A DNA stretch of 64,000 nucleotides from positions 5,007 to 69,006 of the forward strand of contig JBJOND010000004.1 in the NCBI GenBank assembly GCA_046052065.1. Reading direction: 5' to 3'. The notes beneath the pieces are model-generated. The model did no database searches, was not told where the DNA came from, and saw only the letters and a list, made by a program, of their open reading frames with translations. Shown piece by piece: positions 37,826 through 47,782 of this stretch. Each line of letters opens with the position of its first letter. Position 1 is the stretch's first letter. Origin of the DNA: Bacteroidota bacterium. GTDB lineage: Bacteria > Bacteroidota > Bacteroidia > AKYH767-A > OLB10. Both the position numbers and the translations under genes were made by a program.

Positions 37826-40153
37826 ATGAAAAGCCATAAAGACAATATTCGCTTAGTTGTCATTTTATCTTTTTTATCGATTGTATTCCTTTCGGGATGC
37901 TCAGCCACTAAAAGTGTTCCTGATGGAAAACACTTGCTTTGTAAAAATACAATTAAAACGGACAGACCCGAATTAAAAGAAAATTTTAATGCCGTTATAA
38001 AGCAAAAGCCCAACAGAAAAATTTTCGGGTTCATACGCTTTCACTTAAGCGTTTACAATTTTGCGTATGGCGCTAAAGAATCGAAGTTCAATAATTGGTT
38101 AAAAACCACTGTTGGCGAAGAACCTATATTAGTTGATACGTCAAAAGTCCGTAAGTCGAGTGAGCAATTACTTACCTTACTTCAGAACAATGGATTTTTC
38201 AATGCGGTGGTAACTGACTCTGTTGAGTACTGGAAGAAAAAAGCATTTGTATTTTATAACTTGCAAGGAAATACTCCTTACACTTTTTTAAAACTTAAAT
38301 ATGACATACAAGATTCGTTAGTGAGCCAAGTTGTTATGCAAATGGATTCACTTACGTTTATTCATAAAGGCGATAACTACTCAGCGAGTACATTACAGAA
38401 AGAAAGAGACCGCATCACAGCACTATTACGAAACAAGGGGTTTGCCGCATTCAACTCACAATACATACGATTTGTTGTCGACACTGGATTTAAATCGAAT
38501 CAGGCAGAGGTGACCATGCTGATTTCAAATCCTAATCCAACAGAAGAGCAACTAAAAAACAATATCACACCCAAACATCTTTTAGGAGTAAATAAAAGCA
38601 TCAGTGTTGATATGGATTATGAACCTATCGATATAAATCGTGTAGCTATTACTGATAGTTCTGTTTTTCACGATTACGTATTCTATCCTAATCGAGATAC
38701 CATCTTTCTCTACAAGTTCAATCGCCTGACCGATCACATCTACATCCAACCGAATTCACTTTACTCGCAAGAGAATATCGACTTAACCTACCAGCGTTTA
38801 GCAGATCTTGGTGTATTCCGATTTGTAAATATTAAATACGAACAAGTAGATGGTCTTGATAGCCTCGGAAGAAATCAGTATCAATGTAAGATTATGCTGT
38901 CACCACAATTTCGACAGTCGTACAAGTTCGAATCTGAAGGCACCAATAGTGGTGGTAACTTAGGAATATCAGGGAGTTTCGTGTATCGTAACAAGAATGT
39001 TTTTCGAGGAGCAGAATTATTGGAATTTAGAATCAGAGGTGGATTAGAAATACAGCGAGCACTAACAACAGAAGAAACCCAATCTTATAAATTCGGTCTA
39101 TTCAACACCTTTGAATTTGGACCTGAATTAAGCTTAAGTTTTCCAAGAGCACTTTGGCCTTTCACAATTAAAAACTCAAGAAAAGTAAGTAATCCGATTA
39201 CCTCTGTTTCGATTGGTTATAACGTACAAAGCCGTCCAGAATATTTCAGACGAATAGCAAATCTTTCTTACTACTATACTAAGCGCACTTCAAAATACAA
39301 TCGTTTTTATTTTTATCCTGCAGAGATTAATTACTTGAAAGTAGATTTAGATTCTGTATTCAACGAACAGTTATTATCTTTTAATAATATCAACTTAATC
39401 AATTCCTATACTGATCAGTTGATTATAAACGGAAGGTTTAGTTATTTATACAATAACCAGATTGTTGGCAAGGCTGGTAATTTCACATTCTTCCGATTCA
39501 ATATTGAGTTTGCTGGAAACACACTATCATTATTACCTAACAGCACTTATAAAGTTTCAGAATCAAATAGTCGCTTGATAGGCAATGTACGATATGCGCA
39601 ATATATACGACCCGATTTTGATTTCAGATATTATTTCAACTTCAATAAAACATCTTCGTTGGCAACGCGATTAGTTTCAGGTGTTGGATATGCTTATGGA
39701 AATTCAAACATCGTCCCTTTTGAAAAAGCGTTTTATGCTGGAGGACCAAACGATATCAGAGCATGGAGAACTAGATCACTCGGGCCTGGTTCAACTGTAA
39801 CAACCGATTTATTCCAGCAATTTGGTGAATTTAAAATCACTGGCAATGTTGAATATCGATTTAACCTATACAAATTTTTAAAAGGAGCTGTTTTTACTGA
39901 TTTTGGTAATATATGGTTGTTAAATGATGCTGAAGACAAGCAAGGATCTGGTGTCAGAATAAAAACAATCGGAGACGAAATAGCTATCGGCTCAGGAATT
40001 GGTATTCGAAGCGATTTTACTTTCTTTATTTTCCGATTAGATGCAGCGGTAAAAATGAAAGATCCAGCTAAACCAGTTGGTAGTCGGTGGATAGCAGGCG
40101 CTAATAACCTATCAGATGTTACCTTTAACTTCGGAATTGGTTATCCATTTTAA
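37826..40153 (+). CDS. BamA/TamA (Omp85) family outer membrane protein
   Basis: 775 aa with a lipoprotein-like signal (FLSGCSATKS) and POTRA-like N-terminal repeats. A C-terminal bacterial surface antigen barrel ends in ...FGIGYPF. Confidence 0.8.
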   Translation: MKSHKDNIRLVVILSFLSIVFLSGCSATKSVPDGKHLLCKNTIKTDRPELKENFNAVIKQKPNRKIFGFIRFHLSVYNFAYGAKESKFNNWLKTTVGEEPILVDTSKVRKSSEQLLTLLQNNGFFNAVVTDSVEYWKKKAFVFYNLQGNTPYTFLKLKYDIQDSLVSQVVMQMDSLTFIHKGDNYSASTLQKERDRITALLRNKGFAAFNSQYIRFVVDTGFKSNQAEVTMLISNPNPTEEQLKNNITPKHLLGVNKSISVDMDYEPIDINRVAITDSSVFHDYVFYPNRDTIFLYKFNRLTDHIYIQPNSLYSQENIDLTYQRLADLGVFRFVNIKYEQVDGLDSLGRNQYQCKIMLSPQFRQSYKFESEGTNSGGNLGISGSFVYRNKNVFRGAELLEFRIRGGLEIQRALTTEETQSYKFGLFNTFEFGPELSLSFPRALWPFTIKNSRKVSNPITSVSIGYNVQSRPEYFRRIANLSYYYTKRTSKYNRFYFYPAEINYLKVDLDSVFNEQLLSFNNINLINSYTDQLIINGRFSYLYNNQIVGKAGNFTFFRFNIEFAGNTLSLLPNSTYKVSESNSRLIGNVRYAQYIRPDFDFRYYFNFNKTSSLATRLVSGVGYAYGNSNIVPFEKAFYAGGPNDIRAWRTRSLGPGSTVTTDLFQQFGEFKITGNVEYRFNLYKFLKGAVFTDFGNIWLLNDAEDKQGSGVRIKTIGDEIAIGSGIGIRSDFTFFIFRLDAAVKMKDPAKPVGSRWIAGANNLSDVTFNFGIGYPF

Positions 40154-40407
40154 TTTTATTGCATAAGCCTGATTGATATTTTTGATTATATCACTAGAAA
40201 CCTTACAGTAATTTTTAGTGCATAATAATTCCAATATAAGAGTGAAATAAACAAAAGCAACTACAATTTCTTTGCAACTTCTTTTTAAATCTTACATTTT
40301 TCAAACCACCAAATTGCTTCAAAACATCACAATGTAAGAATCCAATCATATTTTAAAATTCGTGCTTTCAGGCAAGGGTATTTTTACTGCATCAAATATT
40401 CAAACCA

Positions 40408-41553
40408 ATGCATAAAATTTTACTTGTTGACGATCGCCCTGAAAATCTGTACTCGCTTGAAAATATACTCGCGACTGGAAATAGGATAATATTAAAAGCT
40501 TCATCAGGAGAAGAAGCCTTAAAAATCGCATTTAGCGAAGATTTAGCATTAATATTACTTGATGTGCAAATGCCAGTGATGGATGGATTCGAAGTTGCTC
40601 ATATGCTAAAGCAAACAAACAGGACCAAGAAAACACCGATTCTCTTTGTGACTGCAATCAGTAAAGAAAAGAAATACATGCTAAAAGGATATCAAGAAGG
40701 TTGTATAGATTATTTATTCAAACCGCTTGATGTAGATATCACGCAAGCTAAAGTAAATACCTTATTAAAATTACACGACCAACAACGCGAACTTGAAATT
40801 AAAAATGCTGAGCTTGCAAAATTAAATCAGGAGAAAAACTATTTCCTTGGCGTTGCTTCGCATGATTTAAGAAATCCAATTGGCAATATTATTTCGCTCG
40901 TAAATATTATTGAAGATGAACTAGGAGATACTTTATCACTTGAGATGAAAGAAATGCTTAAGATGATGCATGATTCGGGAAGAGATATGCTTGAATTATT
41001 AAGTAACTTATTAGACGTTTCTAAAATCGAATCTGGCAGAATGAATCTTAATTTAAAAAGCGATTCGATTGCAGGCATCATTCAAAAATCAATTAATGAC
41101 AATATCCGAACTGCCAATGCAAAATCAATCGTACTTGATTACAACATTGCAGATAATATTCCGCAAGTAGCGTTTGATAAAATTCATCTACAACAAGTAC
41201 TAAATAATTTAATTTCAAATGCCATTAAATTCTCATTTGGAAATACGCATGTAGAAATCAATGTTTCACCAAAAGATCACGATGTAATTATTTCAGTAAA
41301 AGATCAGGGCCAAGGAATTCCATCGAATGATATTCACAGAGTATTTCTACCTTTTGCAAGAACAAGTGTTTCGAGTACGAACGGTGAAAAAAGCACAGGA
41401 CTTGGATTAACCATTGCAAAGCGAATTGTAGAAGCACATGGAGGAAACATCTGGCTCAGCAGCGAAGTTGGAAAAGGAACTACGTTCTTCTTTAGTCTGC
41501 CAATACATGAAGATAAACGAGAGTTAATTCCTCTCGAATTTATAAAAAGATAG
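40408..41553 (+). CDS. Hybrid response-regulator receiver + histidine kinase (REC-HisKA-HATPase_c), cytoplasmic
   Basis: 381 aa. REC domain (LLVDDRPENL, ILLDVQMPVMDGFE, FVTAISK), H-box (ASHDLRNPI), and N/G boxes (LNNLISNAIKF, DQGQGI, GLGLTIAKRIVEAHGG). There is no TM or sensor domain. Confidence 0.9.
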   Translation: MHKILLVDDRPENLYSLENILATGNRIILKASSGEEALKIAFSEDLALILLDVQMPVMDGFEVAHMLKQTNRTKKTPILFVTAISKEKKYMLKGYQEGCIDYLFKPLDVDITQAKVNTLLKLHDQQRELEIKNAELAKLNQEKNYFLGVASHDLRNPIGNIISLVNIIEDELGDTLSLEMKEMLKMMHDSGRDMLELLSNLLDVSKIESGRMNLNLKSDSIAGIIQKSINDNIRTANAKSIVLDYNIADNIPQVAFDKIHLQQVLNNLISNAIKFSFGNTHVEINVSPKDHDVIISVKDQGQGIPSNDIHRVFLPFARTSVSSTNGEKSTGLGLTIAKRIVEAHGGNIWLSSEVGKGTTFFFSLPIHEDKRELIPLEFIKR

Positions 41554-41571
41554 CTGTTTAATTTGAAATCA

Positions 41572-41599
41572 GGGCACCTCAAAAGGGTGCTCTTTTTTT
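41572..41599. terminator. Hairpin terminator between convergent kinase and thiolase genes
   Basis: Stem GGGCACC (41572-41578) pairs with GGTGCTC (41586-41592), with one G-U pair, and is followed by T7. The T-run abuts the thiolase stop codon at 41598-41600. Confidence 0.7.
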
Positions 41600-42806
41600 A
41601 TGCACGCTCCAGAATCATTGCATACCCCTGCCCTACACCAATACACATTGTTACCATTGCGTATTTTTTATTCCCTTCTGCTAATTGATGCGATGCAGAT
41701 AATGCAATTCTTGCTCCACTCATTCCTAATGGATGTCCTAACGCTATCGCACCTCCGTTCGGATTAATACGACTATCATTATCAGCTATTCCCCAACTAC
41801 GAATACATGCTAAACTTTGAGCAGCAAAGGCCTCGTTCAGCTCTATAATATCCATATCATCCCAGGTAAGTCCTGCATTTTTGAGTGCTTTATTCGCAGC
41901 TTCTACAGGACCAATACCCATAATATGTGGCTCAATACCAGCAATACCTATTGATACAATTCGACTTAAAGCTTTAAGATTATTTTTCTTCAAACCTTCT
42001 TCGGAAGCTAATAAAACGGCAGCAGCACCATCATTCAATCCACTTGCATTTCCAGCAGTAACGGTACCGTCTTTACGAAAACTTGGTTTTAACTTAGTCA
42101 ACCCTTCTATTGATGTTGATGGTTTTATAAACTCATCTGCAGTAAACAATATTGGATCTCCTTTACGTTGAGGAATTTCAACTGCTACTATTTCATTTTC
42201 GAATTTACCTGCCTTTTGAGCAGCAGTTGCTTTCTGTTGTGACCATAAAGCAAACTGATCTTGATCCTCACGAGAAATACTATCACGTACAGCAAGATTT
42301 TCTGCTGTTTCGCCCATTGCATCCACACCAAATTTTTCTTTCATTAACGGATTAATAAATCTCCATCCAAAACTCGAATCAAACATTTGCGCATCACGTC
42401 CATAGGGAGTTGAAGTTTTAGAAATCACCCATGGTCCACGTGTCATATGTTCAACACCACCTGCAATCATTAAGTCGGCTTCGCCTAACATTAACGAACG
42501 TCCCGCAGAAGCAATAGCTGATAATCCTGATGCACACAAACGATTGACTGTTTCCCCAGGAATAGATACTGGTAATCCTGCAAGTAAAGTGGCCATACGT
42601 GCAATGTTTCGATTGTCTTCACCAGCCTGATTAGCGCACCCCATAATCACATCGCCTACAGCTGAAAAATCAACACTATTATTTTTTTCAGCAAGCTTTC
42701 TTAATACTAAAGCAGCTAAATCATCTGCGCGAACAGGCGATAATGTTCCACCAAAATTACCGATAGGTGTTCTAACACCATTAACAATGTATGCGTTCTT
42801 AATCAT
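41598..42806 (-). CDS. paaJ: Acetyl-CoA C-acyltransferase (3-oxoadipyl-CoA thiolase, PaaJ-like)
   Basis: The start was moved to the Met at 42806 (MIKNAYIVNGVRTPIG); the track's longer ORF runs into paaI. Thiolase motifs NRLCASGL, GNASGLNDGAAA and CIGVGQG are present. Confidence 0.9.
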   Translation of the reverse strand: MIKNAYIVNGVRTPIGNFGGTLSPVRADDLAALVLRKLAEKNNSVDFSAVGDVIMGCANQAGEDNRNIARMATLLAGLPVSIPGETVNRLCASGLSAIASAGRSLMLGEADLMIAGGVEHMTRGPWVISKTSTPYGRDAQMFDSSFGWRFINPLMKEKFGVDAMGETAENLAVRDSISREDQDQFALWSQQKATAAQKAGKFENEIVAVEIPQRKGDPILFTADEFIKPSTSIEGLTKLKPSFRKDGTVTAGNASGLNDGAAAVLLASEEGLKKNNLKALSRIVSIGIAGIEPHIMGIGPVEAANKALKNAGLTWDDMDIIELNEAFAAQSLACIRSWGIADNDSRINPNGGAIALGHPLGMSGARIALSASHQLAEGNKKYAMVTMCIGVGQGYAMILERA

Positions 42807-42807
42807 T

Positions 42808-43236
42808 TTATTTTTCTTGAGGGAACCACTCCTTCGATGTTCTGTAAACGACACCCTTGAATAAGGCAACTGTTTGTCCTTGTGCATTCGTTACAGTAAT
42901 CGAATAAATTCCAATTTTATTAGTTAAACTTTTTTCTTCTGAAATAGCATAAATCACATCGTCTTCTTTCAAAGAGACTGTATGCGATATCGATGTTTCA
43001 ACGGAGACACTCTGGCGACCATGCGAATTGGAGGCGAATGCTAAGGCACTATCTGCAAGCGAATAGGTTATTCCACCGTGAGCAATACCAAATCCATTGA
43101 GCATTTCTTTTCTGATTTTCATTTTCAACTTACAAAAACCAGGAGTTACTTCAAGCACTTCAATACCTAGCCACTGACTAAACCAATCTTGGTCGTACAT
43201 TTTGGCAACAATTTTATTCGCTTGATTGGTATCCAT
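42808..43236 (-). CDS. paaI: Hotdog-fold hydroxyphenylacetyl-CoA thioesterase PaaI
   Basis: 142 aa with GIAHGGITYSLADSALAFA. It sits between paaH and the thiolase. Confidence 0.8.
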   Translation of the reverse strand: MDTNQANKIVAKMYDQDWFSQWLGIEVLEVTPGFCKLKMKIRKEMLNGFGIAHGGITYSLADSALAFASNSHGRQSVSVETSISHTVSLKEDDVIYAISEEKSLTNKIGIYSITVTNAQGQTVALFKGVVYRTSKEWFPQEK

Positions 43237-43248
43237 AAATGCTTCGAT

Positions 43249-44421
43249 TTAATTAAAAAACGATTTGTTTGCTCTTGCCATCTGACGCAAAAGTACAGAT
43301 GCGCGATAACGATCATCGTGATATTCTACATAAAGCGAATCCAAAATCGATAACACTTTCTCTACTCCTATTTCATCTGCCCACTTGAGTAATCCCTTGG
43401 GATAGTTCACCCCTTTCGTCATAGATAAATCGATGTCTTCTGCTGTAGCAATTTGATAATAAAGTGCATCAGCTGCTTCATTGATGAGCATTGCTAAAAC
43501 ACGAATTACAATTTCACTTGATAAGTCATCATCTGATTTTACTTCTGGCTTAACAGCATTTTCACTGTAATCGTAATACCCCATTCCTGTTTTTCTTCCG
43601 AGTCTTCCTGACTCAACCATCTTCTTTTGAATTAATGAAGGACGAAAACGAGCATCGAAATAAAACTGTTTCCATACAGTTTCAGTCACGGTGTAATTGA
43701 TATCATTCCCAATTAAATCCATCAATTCAAATGGCCCCATTTTAAATCCTCCTTTCTCTCGCATAGCAGCATCAACAGTCGCCATATCAGCAATTCCTTC
43801 TTCAACAATCTTTAGCGATTCACCATAATAAGGACGAGCAACACGATTTACAATAAACCCTGGAGTATCTTTAGCAATAACAGGAACTTTTTTCCAAGCC
43901 TGCATTAATGATTTACAATCTTCGGCTAAACCATCTTTCGTTTGAAGCGCTGGAATAACTTCTACCAAAGGCATTAATGGAGCTGGATTAAAAAAATGCA
44001 ATCCGATTACACGTTCTGGATGATTACAAGCTGCAGCAACAGATGTAACAGATAATGAAGAAGTATTAGAGGCAAGAATACAATTAGGGTTGACTACTTT
44101 TTCTATAGCAGAGAAAATTTCTTTTTTTACTTCTAGAATTTCAACTACTGCTTCAATAATTAAATCAGCGGAAGAAAATCCATTTAACGCATCTATAACG
44201 GTAATGCGTTTACACAAAGCCGTCATATCATCTGACGAAATTTTTCCTTTCTCCACAAGTTTAGCTAATGAAGCTTCTGTTTTTTTCAAAGCATTACTAG
44301 CAGATCCTTCTTTCGCATCAAATAAAAAAACCTGATGACCGGCAGCGGCAGCCACTTGTGCAATTCCACTACCCATAGCGCCAGCACCTATAACACCAAC
44401 AATTGATTTTTCTGATAACAT
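43249..44421 (-). CDS. paaH: 3-hydroxyacyl-CoA dehydrogenase (PaaH-like)
   Basis: The start was moved to the Met at 44421 (MLSEKSIVGVIGAGAMGSGIAQV, Rossmann GxGxxG), 1 nt after the upstream stop. The 3HCDH N- and C-domains are recognisable. Confidence 0.85.
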   Translation of the reverse strand: MLSEKSIVGVIGAGAMGSGIAQVAAAAGHQVFLFDAKEGSASNALKKTEASLAKLVEKGKISSDDMTALCKRITVIDALNGFSSADLIIEAVVEILEVKKEIFSAIEKVVNPNCILASNTSSLSVTSVAAACNHPERVIGLHFFNPAPLMPLVEVIPALQTKDGLAEDCKSLMQAWKKVPVIAKDTPGFIVNRVARPYYGESLKIVEEGIADMATVDAAMREKGGFKMGPFELMDLIGNDINYTVTETVWKQFYFDARFRPSLIQKKMVESGRLGRKTGMGYYDYSENAVKPEVKSDDDLSSEIVIRVLAMLINEAADALYYQIATAEDIDLSMTKGVNYPKGLLKWADEIGVEKVLSILDSLYVEYHDDRYRASVLLRQMARANKSFFN

Positions 44422-44422
44422 A

Positions 44423-45199
44423 TTATTCTCCTTTAAACACAGGCAATCGTTTTTCAAGAAAGGCGTTAACTCCTTCTTTATGATCGTAAGTTTGTCCCGC
44501 TTGCGCCTGATATACTTCTTCTAACTTAAGTTGTTGCTTTAAATCGGATGTTGCAGATTGATTCAAAAGCATTTTCGTTAAAGCGATACCTTTAGTAGGC
44601 ATATTCGCCAGCTGATTACAAATTTTTTCTACTTCCGCTTTAAGCGAAGCATCTTCAAAACACTTATAAACCATTCCCATCTCTGCTGCTTCTTTTCCTC
44701 CAACTTTATCTGCAAGCATCATTAATCCTGCTGCACGTTGAGAACCTATCAATCTTGGTAGAAAAAACGTCCCGCCGCTATCCGGAATTAATCCGATTTT
44801 ACTAAAGGCCTGAATAAATGATGCAGACTCACCCGCAAGTATGATATCACATGCTAACGCGATATTTGCTCCTGCACCAGCAGCTACACCATGCACAACT
44901 GCAACAACAGGCTTTAGTGCTTCACGGATTTTAATGATAATTGGATTATAATGCTCATCAACTATTTTCTGAATTCCTGGACCATCTGGAGCAATTGCTT
45001 CAGCTAAATCCTGACCTGCACAAAATGCTTTTCCTTCCGCTTCAATCAAGATACAGCGAACACTATTATCAGACGAAAAAGTATCAAGTGCGGCTTGCAT
45101 TTGCAAAGCCATTTCGCGATTAAAACTATTAAACTTTTCTGGACGGTTAAGCTTGATGCGGCCTACCCCATTTTCAATCGTAGCAGTAATTAAACTCAT
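44423..45199 (-). CDS. paaG: Enoyl-CoA hydratase/isomerase (crotonase fold; PaaG or PaaF type)
   Basis: 258 aa. Crotonase motifs GKAFCAGQDL and VHGVAAGAGANIALACD. I cannot separate PaaG from PaaF by eye. Confidence 0.75.
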   Translation of the reverse strand: MSLITATIENGVGRIKLNRPEKFNSFNREMALQMQAALDTFSSDNSVRCILIEAEGKAFCAGQDLAEAIAPDGPGIQKIVDEHYNPIIIKIREALKPVVAVVHGVAAGAGANIALACDIILAGESASFIQAFSKIGLIPDSGGTFFLPRLIGSQRAAGLMMLADKVGGKEAAEMGMVYKCFEDASLKAEVEKICNQLANMPTKGIALTKMLLNQSATSDLKQQLKLEEVYQAQAGQTYDHKEGVNAFLEKRLPVFKGE

Positions 45200-45266
45200 C
45201 TTAATAATTCTTACTACAAAGAAAACTAAAAAAGGCTTTCGTTATGTGATAATTGTGAATGAAGTA

Positions 45267-45761
45267 TCAGTGACATTTGAACTGCTCAAACGGCTGACAA
45301 CATGCATTACAAAAGTGCAAAGCTTTACAGGCTGTAGAACCAAATCGGCTAGTAAGAGAAGTATTGGTTGAACTACAAAAAGGACATGCGACAGGTCCTT
45401 TATCGTTATTGGCAAAAGGATGTAAATTTTCGAAAGAAATCTTCTCAGGTGGAGCGATACCATAGGCACGTAACTTCTCCTTTGTTTCGTCCGACATCCA
45501 GTCGGTTGTCCAAGCTGGTTTGTAAATCGTTTTAATTAATGGAGTTAAGCCGACCAATAAAAGTTTAGCTCTGATTTGCTCTTCCATATTTTTCAAAGCT
45601 GGACAACCAGAATAAGTCGGAGTAATATCCACTTGAACATTAGAATAAGTTAAACGAACATCGCGTACTACACCTAATTCAACAATACTGATTGCTGGAA
45701 CTTCGGGATCAGGAATGGAGTTCAGCAAGTCCCAGATTTCACGAACATCAAGTGTTACCAT
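45267..45761 (-). CDS. paaD: Phenylacetate-CoA oxygenase subunit PaaD (PaaJ in alternative nomenclature)
   Basis: 164 aa. An N-terminal Fe-S-assembly-like domain (IPDPEVPAISIVELGVV) is followed by a C-terminal Cys4 ribbon (CPFCSS...CNACCQPF). Confidence 0.85.
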   Translation of the reverse strand: MVTLDVREIWDLLNSIPDPEVPAISIVELGVVRDVRLTYSNVQVDITPTYSGCPALKNMEEQIRAKLLLVGLTPLIKTIYKPAWTTDWMSDETKEKLRAYGIAPPEKISFENLHPFANNDKGPVACPFCSSTNTSLTSRFGSTACKALHFCNACCQPFEQFKCH

Positions 45762-46525
45762 ACTGCATCGGGATACATTCGAGGCAAGTATTGCATTTCA
45801 GCCAGTAAAAACCCAAAATGTTCTGAATGCACACCTTTCAATCCGCCAGAAGCAAAATAGTTGGTGTTTTCAGGAATAGACAAAGTAGCTTTAGCGAAAA
45901 TTTCGGTTACCATTTTTGTCCATTCATCACGAACATTCTCTTTATCGAATGTAATTCCATTACTGATTAATAATGTATCGATGCTATCTTGCTCGAAAAG
46001 TTCATTAGTAAACGACCATAATTCGTTCAATGAATTTTGAATACGCTGATGACTTTCAGCAGTACCATCTCCAAGACGAACAACCCATTCACCTGAATGA
46101 CGTACATGATACGTTACTTCTTTTATCGATTTAGCTGCAAGTCCTGAAATTGTTTCATCAGTACTCTTCATTAAATCGCGAAACATTAGGTAATCGAAAC
46201 AACCATTTAAAAACAATTTCATCATCGTAAATCCGAAATCTTTATTGTCAGGTTGCTCTACCATTAATTTATTTCTAAACTCTCTTTCTCCTCTGTGAAA
46301 TGCGTAAACATCTTCTGTTTTCCCATTACCTTCTAGTTGTGCGGCATAGGTATAAAAACCACGTGCCTGCCCAATAAGATCTAGCGCTACATTACTCATT
46401 GCAATATCTTCTTCGAGAATTGGTCCATGGCCTGTCCATTCAGAAATTCGTTGCGCATGAATCAATGAATTATCGGCAATACGAAGACAAAATTCAACCA
46501 ATGCTTTATTTAAATCCGTCATCAT
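45755..46525 (-). CDS. paaC: Phenylacetate-CoA oxygenase subunit PaaC
   Basis: 256 aa, helical ferritin-like. Position and size match PaaC. It overlaps paaD by 7 nt and paaB by 4 nt. Confidence 0.8.
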   Translation of the reverse strand: MMTDLNKALVEFCLRIADNSLIHAQRISEWTGHGPILEEDIAMSNVALDLIGQARGFYTYAAQLEGNGKTEDVYAFHRGEREFRNKLMVEQPDNKDFGFTMMKLFLNGCFDYLMFRDLMKSTDETISGLAAKSIKEVTYHVRHSGEWVVRLGDGTAESHQRIQNSLNELWSFTNELFEQDSIDTLLISNGITFDKENVRDEWTKMVTEIFAKATLSIPENTNYFASGGLKGVHSEHFGFLLAEMQYLPRMYPDAVW

Positions 46526-46812
46526 ATTTGTTTTAAACCGTCAGCTGTCTTAAAAAAGTTAGGAGAGCGATACATTTTATCATTTGCAGGATCGAAGAAT
46601 GAACCCGAATCTTCTGGAGAGGAAGCAATGATTGCAGCACTTGGAACTACCCAAATATTAATGCCTTCTTGTCTTCTGCTATATACATCTCTTGCATTTA
46701 AAAGTGCAATTTCCCCATCAGGAGCGTGAACGCTACCTGCATGCTCATGAGCAGCACCTTGTTTTTTTTGAGTGAATACTTCCCACGTAGGCCATTGATG
46801 ATTGGAATCCAT
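46522..46812 (-). CDS. paaB: Phenylacetate-CoA oxygenase subunit PaaB
   Basis: 96 aa. WPTWEVFTQKKQGAAHEHAGSVHAPD is the typical PaaB N-terminus. Confidence 0.9.
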   Translation of the reverse strand: MDSNHQWPTWEVFTQKKQGAAHEHAGSVHAPDGEIALLNARDVYSRRQEGINIWVVPSAAIIASSPEDSGSFFDPANDKMYRSPNFFKTADGLKQI

Positions 46813-46831
46813 TTTATTGAAACTTAATTTA

Positions 46832-47782
46832 TTAATTCACTTTTTTCTTTTCAGCATATGCTTTAGCAGCATCGCGCACCCATTGTCCGTTGGAATGCGC
46901 ATCATTACGTTGCTTCAAACGCAACTTATTACAAGGACCATTACCATTAATTACCTGAAAAAATTCATCCCAGTTAATTTCACCAAAATCATAATGGCGA
47001 GTTTCTTCATTCCACTTCAATTTATCATCAGGAACAGTTAGTCCAATAGCCTTAGCCTGTTCAACTGTTCTATCGATGAATCGCTGACGTAAATCGTCGT
47101 TAGTATACAACTTCACCTTCCATTTCATAAGATCGGCACTGTTTGGCGACTCCTTATCAGACGGACCAAACATCATTAGAGATGGCCACCACCAACGGTT
47201 CATAGCATCCTGAGCCATTTCCTTTTGCTCTTGAGTACCTCTCATCAGATAGGCTAAAATCTGATAACCTTGTTTGTTATGAAAATTCTCTTCTCTGCAA
47301 ATACGTAACATCGCGCGAGAATATGGTCCGTAAGAACACTTGGCCAATACCGTTTGATTTACGATTGCGGCACCATCTACTAACCAACCAATTGCACCGA
47401 TATCGGCCCAAGTTAAAGTTGGATAATTGAAAATGGAAGAATATTTTGCTTTCCCTGCCAATAACTGATCAATCATTTCGGAGCGATCCATGCCTAATGT
47501 TTCAGCAGCACTGTAAATGTATAAACCATGACCGGCCTCATCTTGAACCTTTGCGATTAGGATTGCTTTTCGTGCTAAAGAAGGTGCTCGCGTTATCCAA
47601 TTCCCTTCAGGCAGCATTCCAACAACTTCTGAATGAGCATGTTGCGACATCATTCTTAACAATTGTTTACGATACTTCTCAGGCATCCAATCTTTGGGCT
47701 CGATTACTTTACCGGCTTGAATACTATCGTTGAATGCATTTTCCATTTCGGATAAATCATCCGTTTTAACATTTATGTCCAT
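46832..47782 (-). CDS. paaA: Phenylacetate-CoA oxygenase catalytic subunit PaaA
   Basis: The start was moved to the Met at 47782 (MDINVKTDD...). It is a di-iron ferritin-like protein with HAHSEVVG and QDEAGHGLY. About 316 aa, as expected for PaaA. Confidence 0.9.
   Translation of the reverse strand: MDINVKTDDLSEMENAFNDSIQAGKVIEPKDWMPEKYRKQLLRMMSQHAHSEVVGMLPEGNWITRAPSLARKAILIAKVQDEAGHGLYIYSAAETLGMDRSEMIDQLLAGKAKYSSIFNYPTLTWADIGAIGWLVDGAAIVNQTVLAKCSYGPYSRAMLRICREENFHNKQGYQILAYLMRGTQEQKEMAQDAMNRWWWPSLMMFGPSDKESPNSADLMKWKVKLYTNDDLRQRFIDRTVEQAKAIGLTVPDDKLKWNEETRHYDFGEINWDEFFQVINGNGPCNKLRLKQRNDAHSNGQWVRDAAKAYAEKKKVN

Noticed and set aside
42807-42887. N-terminal 27-codon extension of the thiolase ORF (MHKDKQLPYSRVSF...)
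   Set aside because: The extension lies entirely within the paaI coding region. Met at 42806 gives the canonical thiolase N-terminus (MIKNAYIVNGVRTPIG), 1 nt after the paaI stop. Similar extensions were trimmed for paaH (44422-44457), paaA (47783-47839), maf (26591-26671), apaG (36560-36589) and NTase paralogue 2 (56826-56870).
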